The position numbers were made by a program, and so were the translations under genes. Below the pieces are notes generated by a model. That model was not told where the DNA came from. It saw nothing but the letters and a program-made list of their open reading frames with translations, and did no database searches. Positions 58,198-64,000 of a stretch of 64,000 nt of DNA are shown here, piece after piece. Position 1 is the first letter of the stretch; each line of letters starts with the position of its first letter. This DNA comes from Spheniscus humboldti (lineage: Eukaryota), in the NCBI GenBank assembly GCA_027474245.1, contig CM049899.1:1148536-1212535 (forward strand), in the 5' to 3' direction.

Positions 58198-61100
58198 CAG
58201 GCTTATTTACAATGTGTCAGGGGCATTGACAAATCCCTCTATTTTCCCTGGGAAATAATGTTTGCAGTGTTTCAGGCCACATTTCAAGGCAGTCACTTGG
58301 AAACTACAAACTGCAGGAAACCACAGTATCAACTGAAGCCTACTCATAATCATCTTCCCCTGATAAGACACCCCCCCCACACACCTCCCCCCAAAAAAAC
58401 CCCAAACAACCAACAGAAACAAAATGAAACACACCAACAGGGATATGCTTATCCAAGAACACGGCAAGGTACATGTAATATTCCCACAAGATTTTAACTG
58501 CTATGCAAAGTAGCTGCCATTTACAGCATTTTAAAGAGTATGTGAATATGCGTAACAAATCTAACCCTTCCAGGAAATACCAACTGCAAACACAAAGAAG
58601 AATGTACAACCCCAACAGAAAATATCTCATCATTGCTTTTTCTCCTTAAAAAGCAACTCTGACCACCTGACTGCTCATTGCAATCAAAGGAAGATGTGAC
58701 CTGACCCTTCAAGCATTCTGGATGCGTAGGTGGGACTAAACAGTGTTTGTGAATCAAGAACATGCATGCTCCTTGAGACAGGCAGGTCAAGTTTGCCACC
58801 AGGTCCCCACATCGGCATTTGCTAACACTGTTCAGCTTCGGGTACAACTGAGCTGCGTTCAGTTAACGTGAAAGCATCTCCTAGTAACAGCCAGTATCAA
58901 CCCAAGAACTATAACGTAAATGGAAGAAAACTCAAACTGTGCCCCCTTCTCCTTACGCTGGGTTAGGATTTGTGACAGGAATTTGATTCCACAGTTTGGA
59001 AAAGCTCCACGGTTGCAGCCAAAAGGATCTGGAGCTTCCTGGGTCTCAGAGTAATTCTAGAGCTAAAGTAGTGATAGGCATCAACTTTAGATCAGATAAT
59101 ACATGCCAACACTCATCACTGACCCAAGGCGGCAACCTCCTCCTGTCCTACCCAAGGGTTTAAAATGCAACACACTTTCTTCCTAAAACAGGACACTACC
59201 TTATTTATTTGTAACACCATTGACAAATTTCTTCCTTGAGATGGGACTAGGGATACATTACACAAGCAGTCAAGCCACTGGTTGGAAGCATTGGAGCCTT
59301 TTCGGTACTGTTTTATCACCACGGTTGGCATGAGAAGGAAAATGAAGGACACGAGAGATGGTGAGACATTTAATCTACAATGGAGATAGCTATGGTGAAC
59401 AAGTAAGGCTGAGACCAAGTCCTTTTTCTCAGGGGAAAAGTACACACCAACTAAATAACTGCTGAACAGACCAGTATAATTTAAAGTTATACAGGAAAAA
59501 AGATTTGAGGAACACAACATAAGAACTGACTACCGCAACACTTCTTTTGTATAGTACTAAAGTGGAAACACACTACACAAGTGTATGTACTGCATATATA
59601 TTTTATATAGACATTAATGTCTATATATATTTATATAGACATTATGTATTATAATAGTCATATATTTCTGTGCATATAAACACCTATAAAATCCAAACCT
59701 TTACTCTTCCTCTGGCCATACACATCTTTCACGTCAATGTACACCAAGAAGAATTCATAAAATCCAAAAGTAATTATCTACAAGATTCCACTAAAACCTG
59801 TAGCTAAGAAATATTTCGGAGAGACCGCCACAAAATTCATGAAGAATGCAGACAAAAATCACCAGCAAAGGAACATTAAAAGCACAATGTTCCCAAATCT
59901 GAATATATATACACACATTTTTTTGGAGATGAATCCTTAAGTTTTGCCCGTTAGATTATTTTTTAATAATCTACTGAAATAGTTTTTGCCACTGGTATCA
60001 AACAGCACCTGGTTCCCAAGTCTCCAATCATCAAGATCATTAATTGCAAGTAGTTGTTTCTACAATTACCCTGTTACATTTACCTGGACATGCTGAGGGT
60101 TGACAGCAGACAAGAATTGTGACCTGTGCTGGCACTTACTGCACCACTTCTGTACCGACATGATCAGATGAATGCCAGAATTTCATCCGTCTTCATTCGG
60201 TGCAGCCATCCCATGAGATCCATCGCTGTCCGCCCCCAGGAAACACTGCTCATCCTCAAATACTCCGACAGACTGCACCCCTAAGCAGGGCATTATTTTA
60301 GTTCTGAATCAGGTAAGCACAGCATTGAAGCAGAGCAATGAAAATGCCTTAGTTAACATTTACAAAGTTTGCAGCACACCAGGTGTTTTCCATCCCATTA
60401 ACAACTTAGGACATACTCACCACTCTTGCATATTACGTGCTTTACGCGTGTCTGTGCATACGTACTGGCACATGTGCATGCATACCCCTACACTACTACA
60501 TTTCTTTCCTCCCCTCTACTTTCTAGCACAGAGGTATCAAGCTCAATGTCAAGTTAAACACATGCAAGCAGTAAGGCACCAATTCACGTCAGACCATCAG
60601 ATATTATCTTGGCATCCAAGCTAACACGCACATCACCACCCCGAGTCTCAAAAATAACAAGACTAACGTTTCATGAAACTTACTGTCAAGTGCCAGAGCT
60701 GCCACAATCTGAAGCGGCACTACGAAGGGAATTCTCATGTGCATCTCTCTCTCTCTTCCCCCCGCCCCCCACTACTGTTTACCTACACTACCCGTAAACA
60801 TCATTTTCCTGATGCAGTACTTTAACCCACATGTTTTCAGCACAGCAACAACAATCATAAGCAATAGTGCCTCCAGTTCTTTTGGGGACACTAAAAATAA
60901 TGCAACTTTTTTTTCCCCCTCCAGACACCAGCGGTTATTGACGTTTCCCACCTCCTGGAACCAGAATCCAGTTGTTGTGGGCTACCTCTGGTAACCCACA
61001 CCTATAAAACCAATGCTAGCTGCACCATTTATCAAGGCGAGCAAGCAAGAAGCAGTGCTGTGGCCAGATTCAGTACAGTGTCCTATCAAGGGAGCCATGT

Positions 61101-64000
61101 GGAAGTACAGCTACAATCTCCCTGTAGATAAAGGAGCAGCAAGAAGGTCGCTTCCCAGGTCTCAGAGTAATTCTAGAGCAAAACCAAATCATCTTCAGAT
61201 TTATGCTCAGATAATACATGCCAACACCCATCACAGACCCAGGGGAACTAACAAAGCAGCCCCCTTTGTACCTCACAGGGGACAGCAGGGCAGGAGAGGA
61301 GCAGCTGGGGAGCACACACCCAACCTCTAACTCTCAACAAGGGAGTGAGGGTTGTTACTCTTAATAAAAGCACAGCTGCGCTGAAATAAGCCCATACTTA
61401 CACAGTCGCCTTTCCTTGTCCCATACAAAGCTATATGGGCCACTGTCCTGGTTTCGGCAGGGATAGAGTTAATTCCCTTCCTAGTAGCTGGTACAGTGCT
61501 GTGTTTTGGATTTAGGATGAGAACAAAGTTGATAACGCACCCATGTTTTAGTTGCTGCTAGGTAGTGCTTACGCTAGTCAAGGACTTTTCAGCTTCCCAT
61601 GCTCTCCCAACTGAGAAAGCTGCAGGTGCCCAAGAAGCTGGGAGGGGGCACAGCCAAATTGGCCAAAGAAACATTCCATACCATGTGACGTCATGCTCAG
61701 TACATAAACTGGGGAAAGCTGGCCAGGGGGGGCCGCTGCTCAGGGACTGGCTGGGCATCGGTCAGTGGGTGGTGAGCAATTGCACTGTGCATCACTTGCT
61801 TTGTGTATTATTATCATATTATCATCATTTTATTTCAATTATTAAACTGTTTTTATCTCAACCCACGAGTTTTTCTCACTTGTGCTCTTTCCCAATTCTC
61901 TCCCCCATCCCACCGGGTGGGGGGGAGTGAGCGAGCGGCTGCGTGGTGCTTAGTTGCCGACTAAGGTTAAACCACAAGAGCCACGTGTTTCTCCAAAAGT
62001 AACATGCTTGGCCATCAGGTTTTCTCACCGCGTCCTGTCACGGTGTCACCTTCAAAAAGCACCAACAAAGTGTCAGTTGTGGTGTCAGCTCAGGCGCTTT
62101 CCGTGCCCGAGGGTAATTTGGGCAACTCACCAGCAGTAAGTGCCCGTCTGGACACAGACCTTTCTCCATCGACCCCGACTTGCTTCCTGGCCTGACAAAA
62201 CCTCCCGACAAGGCTGAGGTGAACCACCACTGGCCCCTCCGACCAGCAGAAGACCCAGACCCCGCTGAGGGGGCCCGACGCAGACCCCGAGGCCTCCCCG
62301 GGGGCAGGCAGCCACCCAGGGCCACTAAAGCAGGGTCCTGCCAGGCACTGCCTGCTACCCTGCCCCGCGGCATGACGCTCCAATGCCTTCATTAATAACC
62401 ATTTCAAATTCTCTCAAAACCCTTCTGCTACCTATTCTGACACCACTGTCTGAAGAAAGTTCCTACTGTATTTGCAAGCTGAAACACAGTCCTACAAGTT
62501 GTTCCCCGATTTTCATAATTGAACAGACTCACAGAATCATTTAGGTTGGAAGGGACTTCTTGAGATCATCTAGTCCAACCCCACGTATGGAATTCTGCAA
62601 TATTTTTTTTATTTTTATCAACGAGAGGATGTGTAATACATTCAATAATTATTTAATTTTTATTTCATGATCTCAGATCAAATTAATTTTGAAGGATTAC
62701 ATTGCACTACCTACATACAATGACTTGTGATCTACGACTGCTGTGCCTAGGTACCCTTTTCAGCCAAAAGGGTACAAAGGCCACTAAAAAGTAAAGTCTG
62801 TAATTAGACACAAATACTGATTTCACACAACAGAATTCTCGATCATAAGCAGCCAAACGACAGCAGTTTTTTGGCTGTTGTGAGGACAAGTTACAATGAA
62901 ATAATGTAACTCGCTCATTCATCAATCATATGAAGATACAACAGGAGAATTACATCAATACTATTTCCAAAACGGTCATTTTAGTCACATAATAGATTTG
63001 TAATATTCACTTATCTTACTACACTGCTAATCTACTATTTTGTACTTGTGATAACAGAAAAGTCTCATTATATTTTCTCAAATTAATCTCTACATTTCAG
63101 TCTCCTGCTGAACTTCTCAGCTGGTTTTTGTTACCAGACCTCTCCAAAACCCTATTACTGGAGCTAAATAGCAAATGTATCAATGTAACATCAAGTACAA
63201 GCCTGAGCATGCAAGCTGAGCATACACTGCCATGACTCCCCTGCTACTCACCTGTTGTCAATTTAACACAAAGGACTCCACCTACTCTGACCAACTTCTC
63301 ATGAAGTACCAAGATGGATCTGTAGCCAGAGGGATAACCAATTTCACTACTAACCTGTAAGACAGGGACATACAAACTTCAGAAAGGGACACAAGATCAA
63401 GTACGCCTCTAGTAATGAAAATTAGATGGGTAATATAAATAGGCTATGGTAAAATAGGCTATCTGGAAGGAAAACCAAGGTACAGACGTATACTTTTAAA
63501 TTGACTTGCTAAAAAGGGGAAGGCCTTCTTTGGCATGAAAATTGGCCATCTGATTGGCTATGCCATGACTTCTAAAAAGCAAGCAGAAAAATTCTAGAGA
63601 CAGGGAAATGCTTTAAGTCCAGAAGTGCCTCCTCTTTGCCTCGAACAGAGAAGAGGTTTGCCAGCTTCCCAAGTAACAGGGACTTTCCAGACTTCTCTAG
63701 GGTGGGAAGAAGGAAGGCTGCCTAATTTGGATTACTTAATACCTGTTTGGGTTGGGTTTTGTTCCCTGCCCCCCCACCCCCCACCAAATTATAACCTCCC
63801 AAGTCTCTGCCTGGCTTTCAGATCTCTCCACCTATTTGTTTGTTTACTTTAACTAAGGGACAGGCATTTGGCAAACAAGGAAGGTACATCAATGGGCATC
63901 ACCGATGGATTTCTGACCAGTACACCCTGGTGTGATACCGGGAACGCCTGCACCATGACGGAGTGGTAAGGGGGAACACCCTCACCATCAGCTAAAGCAC
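58198..64000 (+). repeat. Tandem segmental duplication, unit copy 2 (runs off the window end)
   Basis: It matches copy 1 through the window end (57002..57094 ≡ 63908..64000). Only ~4 substitutions were seen (53420 c/t, 55066 and 55106 t/c, 56336 c/t). Confidence 0.9.
61444..61979 (+). mobile_element. Solo LTR, duplicate copy inside segmental duplication unit 2
   Basis: It is identical to 54538..55073 at offset 6906. Confidence 0.75.

Noticed and set aside
51301-63852. Pairs of identical 60-134-aa ORFs (e.g. 52210..52614 / 59116..59520) as duplicated genes
   Set aside because: Their identity is a by-product of the 6.9-kb segmental duplication. None has a recognisable domain, most are low-complexity or AT-rich, and several lie within the solo LTR.

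Overview
This is a vertebrate window, almost certainly avian, because chicken-repeat-1 (CR1) LINE fragments carrying the (ATTCTRTG)n tail occur throughout; it is not a prokaryotic locus. Positions ~6.7-44.3 kb are GC-rich and gene-dense, and positions ~44.3-64 kb are AT-rich and repeat-dominated.

The central gene is major vault protein (MVP) on the + strand. I reconstructed a complete 16-segment CDS from ATG 21827 to TGA 41346. It has consistent splice phases throughout, totals 2565 nt (854 aa), and every GT donor and AG acceptor is visible in the sequence.

Almost every MVP intron is occupied by its own minisatellite family. Several of these arrays are decayed tandem copies of the adjacent exon boundary. 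They include the start-codon unit, the start of exon 10 and both ends of exon 12. One such pseudo-exon (39263..39370) is an open, phase-0, AG/GT-flanked 108-nt cassette.

MVP intron 9 (9.3 kb) carries a young env-less LTR retroelement at 29272..36245:
- The LTRs are 586 bp each and differ at 4 positions.
- A 5-bp TSD (TGGGT) flanks it.
- The PBS is an 18/18 match to tRNA-Lys1,2.
- Gag and pol are in the same frame, separated only by a TAG.
- Pol is an uninterrupted 1043-aa ORF with protease (DTG), RT (YIDD), RNase H and integrase (HHCC plus D,D).
- Gag has no CCHC zinc knuckle.
- The element inserted into one of the exon-10-like pseudo-exon repeats.
- A 5'-truncated CR1 lies just downstream of it.

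Three solo LTRs of a related family are present at 17997..18557 (nested inside a CR1), at 54538..55073, and at its duplicate 61444..61979. Two copies of a different avian LTR-like repeat are present at ~20381..20990 and ~43412..44300.

The 3' part of the window is a direct tandem duplication of 6,906 bp: 51292..58197 and 58198..window end. The copies differ at ~4 positions, three of them CpG transitions.

Other features are CR1 fragments at ~975..1978, 8690..8960, 13000..15270 (a 536-aa RT ORF), 36380..37950, 42660..43095(-) and 48530..48715; microsatellites; and a C-rich, proline-coding minisatellite at 18.7-20.3 kb that generates long spurious ORFs.

Coordinates of splice sites and repeat ends were counted by hand and carry about ±2 bp uncertainty.
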